Assembly (NCBI GenBank): GCA_976226885.1
Contig: OZ320323.1
Coordinates: forward strand, 41,230,001-41,294,000
Length of the DNA stretch: 64,000 bases
Origin: Iphione sp. A-MEVVRFRX5
Lineage: Eukaryota
Reading direction: 5' to 3'
Shown here piece by piece: positions 50,416-63,620 of this stretch. The notes below the pieces were generated by a model. It was given only the letters and a program-made list of their open reading frames with translations. It made no database searches and was not told where the DNA came from. Made by a program: the position numbers and the translations under genes. The first letter of the stretch is position 1, and the number at the start of each line of letters is the position of its first letter.

Positions 50416-53400
50416 GTGCCGAGGAACTTTGTATATTCACCTTCAGAAGCTGATCTTTCATAATCAAAGTAAAGTGGAATATCTAACTGGGCTTAATATG
50501 ACCACGTGGCTGTTCAGATACCATGGTAACCAAGACGGAAAGGCCTGACAAGTTGCTGGGTCGTATTCGAACTGATACCGTCCAATATGTTCCTTAGCTT
50601 TAAGTGGTCGGTATTATTCCCCCGACCCCTCCCCCCTCCTCCTCCTCCTCCCATCCCGGGCAAGAAGAGCCACAATCAGCGATATTAAATCCCTTGGAGC
50701 AGGCCACCGCCAATAGCACAGCATGGAGATGTGAGCTTTAAGAAGAGAGTCAGATGGTTGGGGCCGCCGAGACTAAACAGTTCAGACTGCGTGTGTGGCT
50801 GTCGGCAATCGTATTCGGTGCATTCCATTAAAAATGTAATGGCGTGCTCACTGGAGAGTCTTTCCTAGAGCTAGATACCTTTAGCACCCCCTTTACCAAG
50901 CCTCACCAAGGAGGGTATAGACTATACTACTGAGGCTCTTTAAGCCTTTACTGTCCGGTGGAGTCTCCAATACACTCCTCCGCGCCACTCCTCATTACTC
51001 CCGATATATTCAAAAGAAGGCGCATCGAACTGATGCACACTTGCCACACTTTGACGTGATATAAAGGAACACTTATGACACAAAGGTTGCTTCCGACTTT
51101 ACCTGACAACTTGTGTTTTTTTTTGCGGTGGTTTGGGGGGGGGGAGTTTCTTATATTCTACCCCCACCCACCCACCACACACTCTCAAACACGCACGTGT
51201 GGTCTGTACCTCGACCCATGTCAACTCAACGAAGGACTTCAGTAGCATATAAGCGCTTACTCATAATAACACGAACCAATCCACTCAAGGCCGGGCCGAA
51301 ATTGATAAGCAGCGTCTAGTATATGCCTACTGCATTATGACAGGCAGTCTCCTAGCGGCACGCAAATGGGACCCAAGGAAATGACTTTGCCTGTTACAGT
51401 GCCTATATGATGATAATGTCGTAAAGCAAAATTGTTGAGCCTTAGCTACACACATAAAAAAAACGATGTTATATACCAGTTTTTCGCTTAGCTGATTAAA
51501 ATGTCTGCCTGATCCCTCCTAAAAGAATGCATCTTTTTTGTTTACGGGATTGGTCCAAGACGCTGTCTGAGGACGAATGAAACCCGAAGAGAGATTATCC
51601 AACGAGAGAGCTTTGTCATATATTCAATATGTAAATTACATAATATGCACTGCCCTTAAGCAAGAATTTTACAGGACCGTGAGTTTATCATATTTATGCA
51701 TAGATATATATGTATATATATTCTCTGAGCTGGCGTGGGGCGATGTTAAGCCTACCAGTCAATGCAAAAAAAAAAGAAAAGTAACTCCAAGCTTATGACA
51801 AAAACAAATCTTAATCCATGTCGTGGATAAATCCAAGAAAAATTTAGATGGTGTTCTGCAGTTATAACATACTGTATCAAAGGGATTGAGTCTGATTATG
51901 TATTAAGACGTATAAGAGGGACAGACATAAAAATATCTGTGATAATAAATTACCTATCATATAAACAGTGGTTGTGAAGAGCATAACCTTGTGAGGTGGC
52001 AGGAGGCCTCATTCCTATCGCATTAAATGTACTTCTGAACAATAAGATCAGAGACATCTATACGATCATTTCAATCATTCTGGAAAACGTTGTGTTCTCT
52101 GAGCTATATGCTCTAAGCTAAGCTATATAAGTTATATGCACGTACGTCCCAGCAGAGGACTCAACTCAAAAATGCTAAGCATGTAATATACCAATCCATA
52201 AAGTGGTTGTCCGATGTTGTCTTTGAAAACATTAAATAGTGTTCCTCTCATCTTATAGCATGACGTGTTAACATATAGCACATAAAGCGTGCATGACCAT
52301 GTTAAGGCTGAAACAAAGAGCGATTAATATAGCCATACGTTTTATCATGACAGGATGAACTATGGGTATGTGTAAACAAGAAGGAGAAAAGTCCTTGAAG
52401 CTTCAGACACCCACTTCCTTTCATCTACCAAAAGTGAGAGACAAATGGCGTCTGCCTGAGACATCAAAGACGGACAATTGAAGGACTCACCGAGGTTTCA
52501 ATTCTGGGCCATATTTTCTCCATCAACGCTTAGCAACACTTGTCATCTCATGTGGGCTGTTTCTCTCTTTTTTTTTGTAAAGGATCTCACCCTTGAACAG
52601 TCTCTCTCCTTTGCTTGTTGACCCCGTTGTGTACGGAACCTTCATTAAAAGGACACTAATGGCGGAGCGGTTACCTCTTCAGAGGTGACCTTAAAGTAAG
52701 GCTGCGTGTCACGCGGGTCTTTCCCTCTCCGCCTCAGGGACCTTTGGCGGAAAATGGCGACGCTTGAAGTAGCGCCGACGACTCTGAAGTCCGCAAACCC
52801 ACACAAATCTCGTTAGTATTGACTTAGAGCCCTTCTCAATGCTTCAAATGACTTTAAAAATCGAATCGAATGCTTCCAAAGGGGAAACGAAGACCCTCCG
52901 ACTTCAAATTCAGTCGAAAATTATCTTGGACTGGTAAAGCAACCACATTCGCTATCTATTCCTGAAGACTCCTGCAGGAAACCCAAATCTGGTGAGAATT
53001 TTAGAAAAAAAATACGTAGAGATATACTGGAAAATACCCAATTCACAACAGCAGTCTTTAAAGTAACGCACGCAAAAATCCAACCTCAAGATCCTTCGTG
53101 TGCGTACCACTGAAGATGCCATCAATCAATAAAATTCAAACTCAATTATCGAAGGGCAAGTGAAAAAGGACGAGATGGAGAGAATAAACAAGGGCGAAGT
53201 GGACAATGAGAAAAATCAAGTGGGCGGGCATGCAGGCATCATAGAAAGTCATGAAGAAAGACAAATGATAAAACAGAACTTATACGACAGGTTGTCCGCA
53301 AGACACATAATTATATAACAAGTGAAAGGAGGATAATCAAGTACATGCGCAAGAAACACCCGAGTTCCTGATGACTTTCCACTAGCTTATGGGATGACGT

Positions 53401-53652
53401 GTTGGCTTGTGCGTCGAGGAGGCCCGGTCCATGGTTCTCGTCACCTGAATCCCCCGGTCCCATGACTGTCAGGCGCTATGCTCATAAATGTTTGGATGGT
53501 ATGTACATGCAATCTTAGACAACGTATCACATTTCCTAGACGGTAATTTATCGCCCTCCCTCCGGCCCTAAAGCCCGCAACATATAGTTTTTCTAGCGTA
53601 GCGACACAGACGAACTCCGCCATCGATTGGAAATAGAGCCTGCGGAGTGCGT

Positions 53653-53656
<4 letters not shown>

Positions 53657-53686
<30 letters not shown>

Positions 53687-53714
53687 CATACATACATACA
53701 TACATACATACATA
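53657..53714. repeat. (TACA)n microsatellite
   Basis: Direct. Confidence 0.97.
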
Positions 53715-53979
53715 GGCCTACATACGCTCAATATGTCGGTGCAAGAATGATATACTGTACTGTCAACGACGCTTAATGTACATCACTGCATGCCTGTGAT
53801 TCTGAAATACGAGCCTGGTCGCGATACGTAAAACGAAACAATGCGCCATTAACATTAGCGCTGCTGATGATGCATTTAATTAATGTCATGTTTTACTTCG
53901 CCGATAACAACATCGTTCACGAAACACAAATTATTCAATTTCTTTTTAAGAAAATGTTTCCGGCGTGTTGTGATTATTA

Positions 53980-54245
53980 GTGGGCAACGTGTCAATCAAG
54001 AGGATGGCGGCCATGACACTCTCATCAGGCAGACCGACGAAATGACGCACCGACAGGTGTCTTCTCGCACCCACCAGTTGTCAACGCCGCCCGCATACTG
54101 CGCATGCGCCCCCGCCAGCGTTGGTTGCGCCCTCTGCAGTCGCCCCGAGGCGCCAAGTTCAATATGCCCTTTTCTGGTGTCCGCGGTCGGGGCAATGGCG
54201 GGTGCAGCCAGATCGACCGATAAGGCCGGGCTCCAGCCTGCAAAG
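53980..54245. promoter_or_regulatory. CpG-rich promoter/enhancer-like block
   Basis: NRF1-type TGCGCATGCGC (54099-54109), YY1-like GATGGCGGCC (about 54003-54012), GC boxes and a CTCF-like CTGCAGAGGGCGC on the minus strand. Confidence 0.4.
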
Positions 54246-55185
54246 TCAATGCCCCAAAATTGAGGCGTCAACCCTGAGTAAAGTACTTTTTTCCGGAGGG
54301 ATCTGGACCCAAAGTAATCGGCCTGGACAGGCCAGAACCATAACAAAAATGGTTTGTATTTGGGACCACGATATACTATGCGGACAAGGCTGACAATTTG
54401 CAGGTGTAAATATATATATACATGTATATATGGATTATAAACTACAGACGTCAGCGGTGGATGGTACGTACCATGCAGGCCAGGGTTGTCAGACGAGATG
54501 CAGGCCAGGTGTAATGCACGGTCATTTATTTTTCTTCGTCGCTTATTTCAGTACTGTAAAGCCCACAAATTGTAATGTTTTTTAGTAAATTAAATATAAA
54601 AGCACATGACTAGGAAACTGGTCGCTCAAATTCTACAACTGTACCGTCCTTGAGATTCCATTTCGCCATGGGGTTGTTCTTTCAAGTTTTCCGCAGAGGA
54701 ACGGTCGGCGATTCTGTCCGGCTTGAACTGCCAGAGCGCGGGAAAGACGAGGACAAAAAGGCACATTGTCAAGTCTCTCCCTTTCAGGGAAAAGGCCACC
54801 TTTTGTCAGCTGTCATGAGCGCGTGTCGATTCAAGCTTCAACGCCCGAAAAAATTATCCTCAATAAGAGAACGAATTCCCTCCTTCCATTCAGGTGGGTC
54901 TCTCCGTCCAAAGGTTTTTCAAATTCAGATTCCTGAAGACCCGATTGGAATCAGGTCCTCATCGTCAGCCTATAACTTCACTCTTTACCGAAAGTTTCTC
55001 CACTTTTCTGCACTTGTTTAATTTTACACGTTGCCTCTTCTAGCTTTCCATGATTACTTTCTTTTTTATCTTTCTACCTTTCTGTGGCTCCCAGCATTAA
55101 TCAGTCGCCGGTGAATCCTTCTATGTGCGTTATGGATGCCAGAGACTTCCAAACACTATTGCGGTATCCCTGGAGATGTGCCTCA

Positions 55186-55188
<3 letters not shown>

Positions 55189-55272
<84 letters not shown>

Positions 55273-55281
55273 TACACACAG
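55189..55281. repeat. Compound (CT)n(CA)n microsatellite
   Basis: Direct. Confidence 0.97.
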
Positions 55282-57335
55282 TGACAGGGCAACCAACCCA
55301 CAACTTCGCGTGAGTACTCTCAGCCAGGGGACACCACTGGCGTCACCTCCCAACCAGCCCCCCCCCCCCCCCAACACCATCATCACCACCACGTTCACTG
55401 CAGAACCTTCTGGACTGCCCCAAAACGGGAAGGGCACTCGAGACATCAGCTGGCGACAGGTCACCGGGAAGTCTACCATTTACTGTGTTGAGGGGCTGCC
55501 ATTCCCTCACACGCCCCGTGGCTTACGCCATTGAAATAGTTATGACGGGCCCTGTGAAGGTGTCTGTCATTTCGTCGTGTCACTGCCTGACACCTGACAT
55601 CGCGTCCTAATAACCGGCGAGGAGTGCGGGGAATATTTATGTGCGCTCCATAAGCTTTCTGAATTATACCGCAGTCAGAGGCAGTTAGAGATAACTAACC
55701 AAAACACGCCCGGAAAAAAGTGGTTCTCCCTCCTTCCAATGTGACCTTTTTTTGGCAGTATTTTGACACCTGACATCCACTCCCAATAACCAATGACTAG
55801 CGCAAGGAATATTCATGTACGCTGCATTCGATTTTTCTTGTGTTACCAGGATTATGATTATGTCAAAGAGAACTATCCAAAGCAGTACAAAAAAGAAATG
55901 CATTCCAATATGGCATTTTCAATCAACCAAACCAGGACATATGCAACACAAACTATACGAAGATACCTGAATATGTATGGGACTTTTTTGCAGCACAGCT
56001 ATTTATTAGACCTCCGATAGACTAGTACTATAATGTGAAGATATAAGTCTCAAAGGTTATGGTAAATACAGCTGCATAAACTACATGTATATTGTGATAC
56101 GACAGGAGAAAGGTATTAGTATTTCTGGTCCACGATACATTCACTAACTAACAAGGATGACGATCTACTCCGTAATGACATGAAGGTAGTATTCTCATGT
56201 ATAGAGGTATAAGATAAAAACTTTGAACTATGCATGAGCTAGCTACTAGGACCCTAGAGCCCAGAGGAAGTGACAGGAGCAGCTTATAATACATGCAGTG
56301 GCATAAAGTGACTCACTTTGGTTAATTAAATTTCAGCTCTGTGCAATTACCATAACCGTATCGTGAAATTTGGTATGATCTAGTTATATCATTACTCTAC
56401 GATAGATCATCACACAAGTAAAGATTTGCTTCATCATTGTTCCAAGTGATGTTACAGAACATCTGCAGTCCAATACGCATATGCTGCCAAGGATAAAATC
56501 CTATTTTGGTTTCTTATTACTCTGTTCAAATTAAAGTTATCTTCCTGGCTCTTCTCAATTCTAACCAACCATACCGGCAAACAGACAGACAGAGACAAAC
56601 AGACAGACAGACAGAGACTCAGAGGGAGAAAGTAGCTTGCATGATATAAAAAAGAAAACAATCACGCTTCTATCTATTATGAAAGACATGGCAACGCTCC
56701 TTACACCGGGGTGTCCTACCGAGTTGTAGTGGAGCCAGCTGTTAACCTGTTAAGTCAATTCATCATTTCGGCAAGAGTACACATAGAAAAGGATGAATGA
56801 TTTGGAATTTGAATTTGAAAATATCTTATTCACTTCTCATGTAAAATTACATTGTGGTCATCCATGATCCGTTTTTTAAAGCTTTCAAATGAACCTCTTA
56901 CCAAAAATTCCGGATATTGAAGGAGAAACTTGTTTGTAAATTTACGACCAGCTGGCTTAAGCCTTCCCTCGTATTGAGAGAACCAGAAATCCAGGACTGT
57001 CTGTTCTCCAAGATGGACGATCAAATACATTAAGGTCAATAACATCCGCGTATTCTCGAGGCCCACAAAGGGTTCTCCAGTCACGTGAACCAATCGCTTC
57101 AGATCCCGGCAGCACGTGTCATTTGCTACACGACCGACCAACTCTCGTGGTTTATCGTGGGGATGGGAGGAGGAGAAATTCGAGACGCGGATGCATGCAT
57201 CAATCCAACTTGCGCGGCTATTTCGGCAGAGACACAAAAGCAGAGCGGAAGGGAATGTGAGCGGACGTTGGAGGGCGGGGGCAGAGCCCCTTAAGAACGA
57301 AGAACGGAGTCGCGAGGAAGACGGTTTAAATATGA

Positions 57336-57375
57336 GAGGTAGAGAGAGGTAGAGAGAGGGAGAGAGAGAGAGAGA

Positions 57376-57427
<52 letters not shown>

Positions 57428-57430
57428 GAG
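57336..57430. repeat. (GA)n microsatellite
   Basis: Direct. Confidence 0.95.
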
Positions 57431-57559
57431 ATAGATATTATTTTTATTTATCCAAAATTTGTTGTTGTTAAATTCAGGATGTACATACATAAGTACAAGT
57501 GTGCTATCGATGGTTTACATTGAAATATATTTGTATTGTACATTTCAATAAATATAAGC

Positions 57560-57875
57560 ATTCAAACATCGTTAATATTGTGAAAGGTGACCATTGAGTT
57601 ATTACTTAACATATCTGGATAAAAGTCTGGATTGAGCGATGGAGTTGAACTCTGTATGCAATGGACCCAGCAAATTCCACTCCTTGATGCCTTGATAATG
57701 AACAGATTTCCTGACAAGTTCCGAGCTAGGTTTGGGTAAGTAGAGAAGACTTGCATCATGTTGTCTCGTATGAATATGAAATTATGAATAATATTGATTC
57801 TGAACATTTTCCTCCTCTATGCCATCGTCATAATGTTGAACATTATTTGTAAGTCCTTCCTTGGCAACATCAAAG
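57560..57875 (-). mobile_element. Possible decayed LINE ORF2 3' end
   Basis: RRKMFRINIIHN ... PNLARNL ... FIIKASRS ... IQSSTPSLN loosely follows the L2/Crack C-terminal pattern (YNLR...F..P..RT...SFIP...LLN). Confidence 0.3.
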
Positions 57876-57884
57876 AAAGAAAAA

Positions 57885-58290
57885 AGGAAAGAGAGAGAGA
57901 GACTGACTGACAGACAGATAGAGACACAGAGACAGAAAGGGAACTAGGAAGAAAGTGGAAAAGGAGAAGGAATGCTGGGCATTGGAGGTACGGGAGGTAC
58001 GGGAGGGAAAGACAGACAAAGACACACAGAGACAGGGGAAGGGAGTGAGAGGGAGGAGAGAAAAGCAGGGAGTGAAGGTGGAAAGTCAAGGGAGCCATAG
58101 AAACAGACAGAGATGAACAGGGACACGGCAGGGAGTAAACTGGGGGAGGGTGGAAAAGGGAAACGAGGAAAGAGAAGAAACCAGGGCAAGAGGACAACAG
58201 TGACGGGCAGCGGGGCGGTGGGCAGGAGGCTGGGTTGGGACCAGAAGGAAAAGAGAGGGAGGGGGGGAGGAAGGGATTAAGTGAAAGAGA
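57885..58290. repeat. Polypurine low-complexity tract
   Basis: About 400 bp dominated by G/A on the plus strand. Confidence 0.9.
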
Positions 58291-61200
58291 CAGATGAGCC
58301 AAAAGACATGCAGATTCTATTTACAAAGTGCGGTCGAAGATATTCAGGCATGTGGAGATGCTACTGCAAGTATCGCATGCAAATATCTCGCCTCGCCGGA
58401 TCGTTGTCACCGGAGGGGCCTGCCACACGGTGACAATGCCTCTTCTTTTCTGTGAGTCATTCTCATCGTTCCGGTTTAGTCGAGGGTCAGCAGGCTGACA
58501 AGTAGCTGGTGGAGTGGAGATAAAGGCAAGGGGTTCAGGAGGATCAAGAACAAAAACCCTGAAGCACGCAGTGTGTATGGGAAGCGCAAGGGAAGCCGTC
58601 GGAAGTTCGGTGATGGGGAAAAGAGGGAAGAGCTGCATGGAAGATGGAAGACAGGGGCATACGCGTCATGGGAAGATAAAATCAGATTAAAATACAAAAA
58701 CAATCCGCTCACCAGGGGAGAAAGTGTTGTACAGAGACCCGATAAGAAGGAGTGCCATAGAAACGGTGGTTTGAAATCGAGGGAGCTAGGATAATTCGGA
58801 AGAACTTGCCCAGAAGGCGCATTCGATACAATGTGCCCCCCTTTCAACGAAATAATGCAATTCATTGGGAAAGAAAGTGGATTAGTGAATCTTAAGAAAC
58901 AACTCTGACGAGATGAAGTCTTCAAAGTCTGGTCTGGGGAGGGGGGAAAGAAACTGGTTCCTACCTGCATTATTCACCTCCGCAGAGGAGAGGGTAATGA
59001 CCAGAAGCAGCGCAACAGCGGCTAAGTAGGGTTTAAATCACTGGCTATCCAAGGCGATAAAAGAGAATGAGGTGTTGGGAGGCGGAAAGGGAGGGTAGGG
59101 AGCTAGGATATAAAGGCTGGGGGAGGGAGGGGGGAGCAGCAGCTGGAGGATCAAAGCTGGAGGACGGGTTGCATAGAGGCTGATTGAAAGGCGAGCTGGA
59201 ATTAGTGACCATGCTGCGCATACCACTACAGAATCCACAAGCCACCCTCCCACCCGGCCACCCACCCACCCACCCACTCGTTCATCCATCCATCCTCGGT
59301 AAAGGAATGGAGATGAGATCGCGATCGTCGGAAACATCCGCCGCCGCCGCCGCCTCCATTACACGCCACGTTCGGTCCCGATGATGATTGCTTAGGGAAT
59401 TAGACGAGACCTCAGCACGGGGGGGGGGGGGGAGGTAAGGGGGGTTGGAATAGTGGGGAGCGGTAAGGGCTGGCCACCCCTGTCTGCTGAGGGGAAGGGG
59501 AAAGTGGGGGGAGGGGGGGGGCGGTTGGTCCTCATTAGGCGCTAGGACATGGAAATTCGTGCGACGTGAGAAACAAAGCAATGCAGGAAGTCATTAATCC
59601 CCAGACGATGTCAGCGTCTTCTATTTTGTCCACCCCCCCCCCTCTCAAATCGGATTACACAAGACTGATTGCGTTATTAATAATTTCGCAAAACGGTAGA
59701 ATTGACATGTATTTGCCTCCACAACTTGAACCGCAGCGGAGAAGCAGACACAAGCAGACGTGACTCGATAATCGCTCGACGCCTTCTCCATTAGAACCGT
59801 CGACGTCCTCGAGCGGCGGCCTTAATGTACGTATATACCAACGAACAGTTGGGGGGGGGGATGAGAGGGATTTAATAGCGACCATGAAAGGCCCTCTAAT
59901 GGTATTACATGAAATGTTGATGGGATAATGATAGGCAACTGTCTTCTGGTGATGACTGCAATATATTCCATCAGGCCATATGTGGAGTACACCAGAAAGA
60001 GATATATGTATTCATTTCCGTTACTTGCGTTCAGTGCAATTCTTAAAAGCGGAAGTATGGGATCCAGAGCCCCCTGGTGACACACCGTCGGAATAATTAC
60101 AGCGCCATTTGGTGCGATAACCATCGCAAGAAAAAACATTAAAGTAATTTTTAAAAAAACGGTAAGATCGCTCTTCATAAAAGTAGAAAACGGAAGAAAT
60201 TAAGAGAAGGGGTATTGCTGCAGCAGTTAAACGGGCGTGATAAGTTCTGTCGCACATTGTCTCCTCTGGCTTCCCGCCACGATCAGTCGCCGAACAGAGA
60301 TGAAGCCTATTGTATTGCAGCGGGCTTTGCGGTTGCATCGCGAAGGGGTAGGGTGCAGCGGAAGGGAGGAAGAGGGGGGGGGAGAGGGAGGGAGGGAGGC
60401 TGTGGGGGTCTGGCTTCCCCGTTTAGCACGAGGAGGGGTAAGCTGCGAGCGCGAGCGGCAACCCCATTAACACCAAGACCCAATATTACAGGTAAGCACT
60501 CGAGGAGGTGGCAGGCACTTAACACGCAAGTCACCGCAGGTGTGCACGACCTCCAACCCCTAAAGCACGCCCAGATCTCCTTACCCGGCCCTCCAGTCCC
60601 TACGCGAGTAGACAAAGCCCATCATTGATATGACTCCTACTTGCGGTGGCAGAGTTGAGACGCAACGTACAGATTGTAGTAGTAGAGCATGCCATAGCGT
60701 ACGCATGCGCACGGCTGCTCACACGCATGTTCTTGTTTTTTGTAGTGATAATCCAATGGACAAACTTTTAACACTATATTTTGTCTTACGAGAATAAACA
60801 CCTTGATCCATAATTCAATATATTAAGAAAATGTATATTTCTGTACATGTCGATTACAAAGCACAGTGTTAAAAAGTGTTAAAAGGTTGTACCTTATTCA
60901 GACAAACTGCCAGTATATGGCCGGTGGTGTTTCTGAAGTGGCTGTTGGCTGAACGAACAGTTTTTAACTATATACCTGCAGGTGGATGAAATATCGCAAT
61001 ACAAGTCCGTCTTGCCTGTCTGTCCTGGAGGTGTACCATATTGTATACATGCAGCAAAATCGATACGAAACTACCCACCTAATAGCCCCCCCTCCCCACC
61101 CCACAAGCTCCTCCAGGCAAGGTCACAAGCAAATGGATGCAATCGTCACACGCTGATAAGATGCGATCAATCGCAGCCGAGATGTCGAGGTGGAGGAGCA

Positions 61201-62689
61201 CTGCTCGCCACGATCTTCACCACGACGGGCGTCGGGAACCCGACACCTGCAATCGGGGAGGAGGAGGGCCTCTGGCGCACCGAGGAAAATTACTACAAGT
61301 TCAAGTTTACCGTGGCGCTTCGCTTTTTTAGATGCATCGATTCGCCTACTATTTCGTCTTTCCTTCTCACACCTGTCTTATTGATATTTGCTTCAAAAAG
61401 TTGAAACTCTAGTATTTTTTTGTTATATACATGTACTTCAGGTAGAACATACTGCAATATTCAGAACTTTGAAATTACGTTATGCGATCTGGAACAATGC
61501 AATTGGGCTACGCGTTTTTGGTTTTCGGTATACCAGTCCAAATATGTACACCTGTGCTGGGTTCCCGTGCTGTTAGATATTTTAGAAATTTCCTTTTTTC
61601 AATGCTGTTATCTTAATGCTAGTAGATCCCCATGGGGACCATGCCTACATCTTGAAGTATTCAAGTACGCTTGTTCGGCATCTAGTTACAAGTTTTCATG
61701 TGTTGAATGTTGAGAAAATGAAAGTAGCACTAATGTTGAACATGATAAAGGATAAGTGAAATGTGACTATACACAAGAGGACTGCAGCAATGGAACACTT
61801 GGCTGCACATCGCCAGCAACGCATGCATACAGTGTCAGCTACACAGCTGTACAAAATAATCATTTCCACAATGAATTCTCACAGTGAGAGCAGACTACTT
61901 TGTAATCACATCACAAGCCAGGATATACAACAGTCTATTTTTGTTATTAGTTCTGCTATGTCCTGTTCACTTGTGCTCATAGTTTCAGCTCCCGTGTATT
62001 TGCCTCCTTGCATATAGCTGCATGCTACAGCTTGGGTGGTCAGTGAACAGTGTCATGCTATCTATATAGCAATACAAGTCACACTTCTAATGTATCGCAT
62101 ACATTCAATTGAAGGATGAATATAACACACAGATACCAACTACATTCCCTGAGTTCCTAATGAGAAGCACTGCATGTGTTCCAGATGGTTGACGTCTACC
62201 ATACTCGCTGATAGGACCCGCCATATACGAACACTGTATGTTAAGCGGTGCCATGCATAGGTAAGGCTCTCATAATTAGAATCCGTTACCTCATTAATGT
62301 GATTTAAAGGGGTACCAAATCCACACTCTGTTATAGTTAACAGATACTCAGCCAATGCTACCAAAAATGTGCGTCATTTAAGGCCCTGCCCAACTCCGAC
62401 TTCACCTCTGCATCTTTTTTTTTTTTTTTTAGCAAAATGCTCCTACCCATGATCAACTATCAGCCTGTTCAGATCACACAATGCCCTTTAGACTAATTCT
62501 TTCAACCAGCTCCCCGAGGTCAAGTTGCTTCGGAAGTCTCCAAGAGCTTTTTACCGATCTTCTCAACTTACTCCATATGGAACCTCCCTTGTAAACTATG
62601 CCTACATCCAACCTTGAACTTGTTGTTTCATCCCTCTTTTACAGCCCCTGCTTCCCTATACGACTGGCTGACAGACTCTTTGCATGCCG

Positions 62690-63470
62690 ACCTCCCTATC
62701 TCTGTCTATGTCTGTCGCTGTGTCTTTGTCTGTCTGTGTCTGTCTGTGTCTGTTTCTGTCTCCTCTATTTTCTCAGTTACTCTCTATCCATCATCGATCG
62801 CCATTTCATCATTTTTTGCTCTCTTTCTCTCCGTCTCTCTCTCTCTCTCTCCCTTTCTCTCTCTCGTCATTCTCTTCTGTATTGTCGTTTCTATTTCTTT
62901 CTTCCCCCTCCCTTTCCCTTTACCACTCCTTCTCCATGCCTTTTCCCTCCGATTTCTTTCCCCTCGATTCAAGCTATCTCTCCTTTTTTGTGTTTTGTTT
63001 GTCTTTCCCTTTTCGTCTCTCCTTCCCTTCTGTCTCTCTATTCCAGTCTTTGCTCTCTCCTTGATTCTCTTCTCACAATCATTTCTTCTATCTCTCCTTT
63101 TCTTTTCCTTACCCTTCTTTTCCTTTCACTCTCCTACTGTCTCGATCTCCCTTATTCTCTTGTGTCCTTTTTTTCTCTCTTCCTCTTCCCTCTCCGTCTC
63201 CCTTAATGTTTCCCAGCCCTTTTTCCTGCCTGTTTACCTCTCCCTAAACCTCTCCCCTCTCTTCCTCTTCCCTGTCCCTTTCTATCTCTCTCAACCTTTC
63301 TACCTCTCTTCCTGTTTCCTCTCCCTCTATTCTCTCCCTCAACGTTTCCCCTCTCTTTGTTTCCTGTCCCTCTATATCTCCCTCAACCTTTCCACTCCCT
63401 TCCTTTTTCCTGCCCCTCTGCCTCTCCTTCAACCTTTCCCCTCTCTTCCTCTTCTCCTTCATTCCCCAGT
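62690..63470. repeat. Polypyrimidine tract whose distal part is a degenerate minisatellite of about 40-45 bp
   Basis: About 780 bp of almost pure C/T; TTCCTGTCCCT...CTCCCTCAACCTTTCC recurs between about 63215 and 63460. Confidence 0.9.
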
Positions 63471-63556
63471 CTATTAGTCCCTCACTCAAGCCATCGACCC
63501 GGCGCCGATACCGATAGCCACCAGTCGCTCCCGAGCAGCTCAGCTTATTCACTTAC

Positions 63557-63620
63557 AGACTCGGCCCGTGGCGGCTCAATCATGAAACCTACAGTCACCA
63601 GGGAAAGCACCGTCAAGGAG
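63557..63620 (-). CDS. Candidate 64-nt internal exon (x-SLTVLSLVTVGFMIEPPRAES), or a 5' UTR exon containing MIEPPRAES
   Basis: Branch CTAAC about 37 nt upstream, acceptor CCTTTATGTGTCTCTCTTTACAG| and donor TCT|GTAAGTG. Only one frame (phase 2 to 0) is stop-free. Confidence 0.5.

Noticed and set aside
56830-57237. 135-aa minus ORF that reads like a globular protein
   Set aside because: Non-ATG start, no splice signals and no recognised family. The region carries CACGTG and CCAAT motifs and may be regulatory. A blastx would settle it.
60455-60500. Plus-strand CAG|GTAAGC as a recursive site
   Set aside because: No polypyrimidine tract upstream.
62598-63477. Longest ORFs in the track (287 aa and 202 aa)
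   Set aside because: Artefacts of a stop-free polypyrimidine tract (L/S/F/P only).
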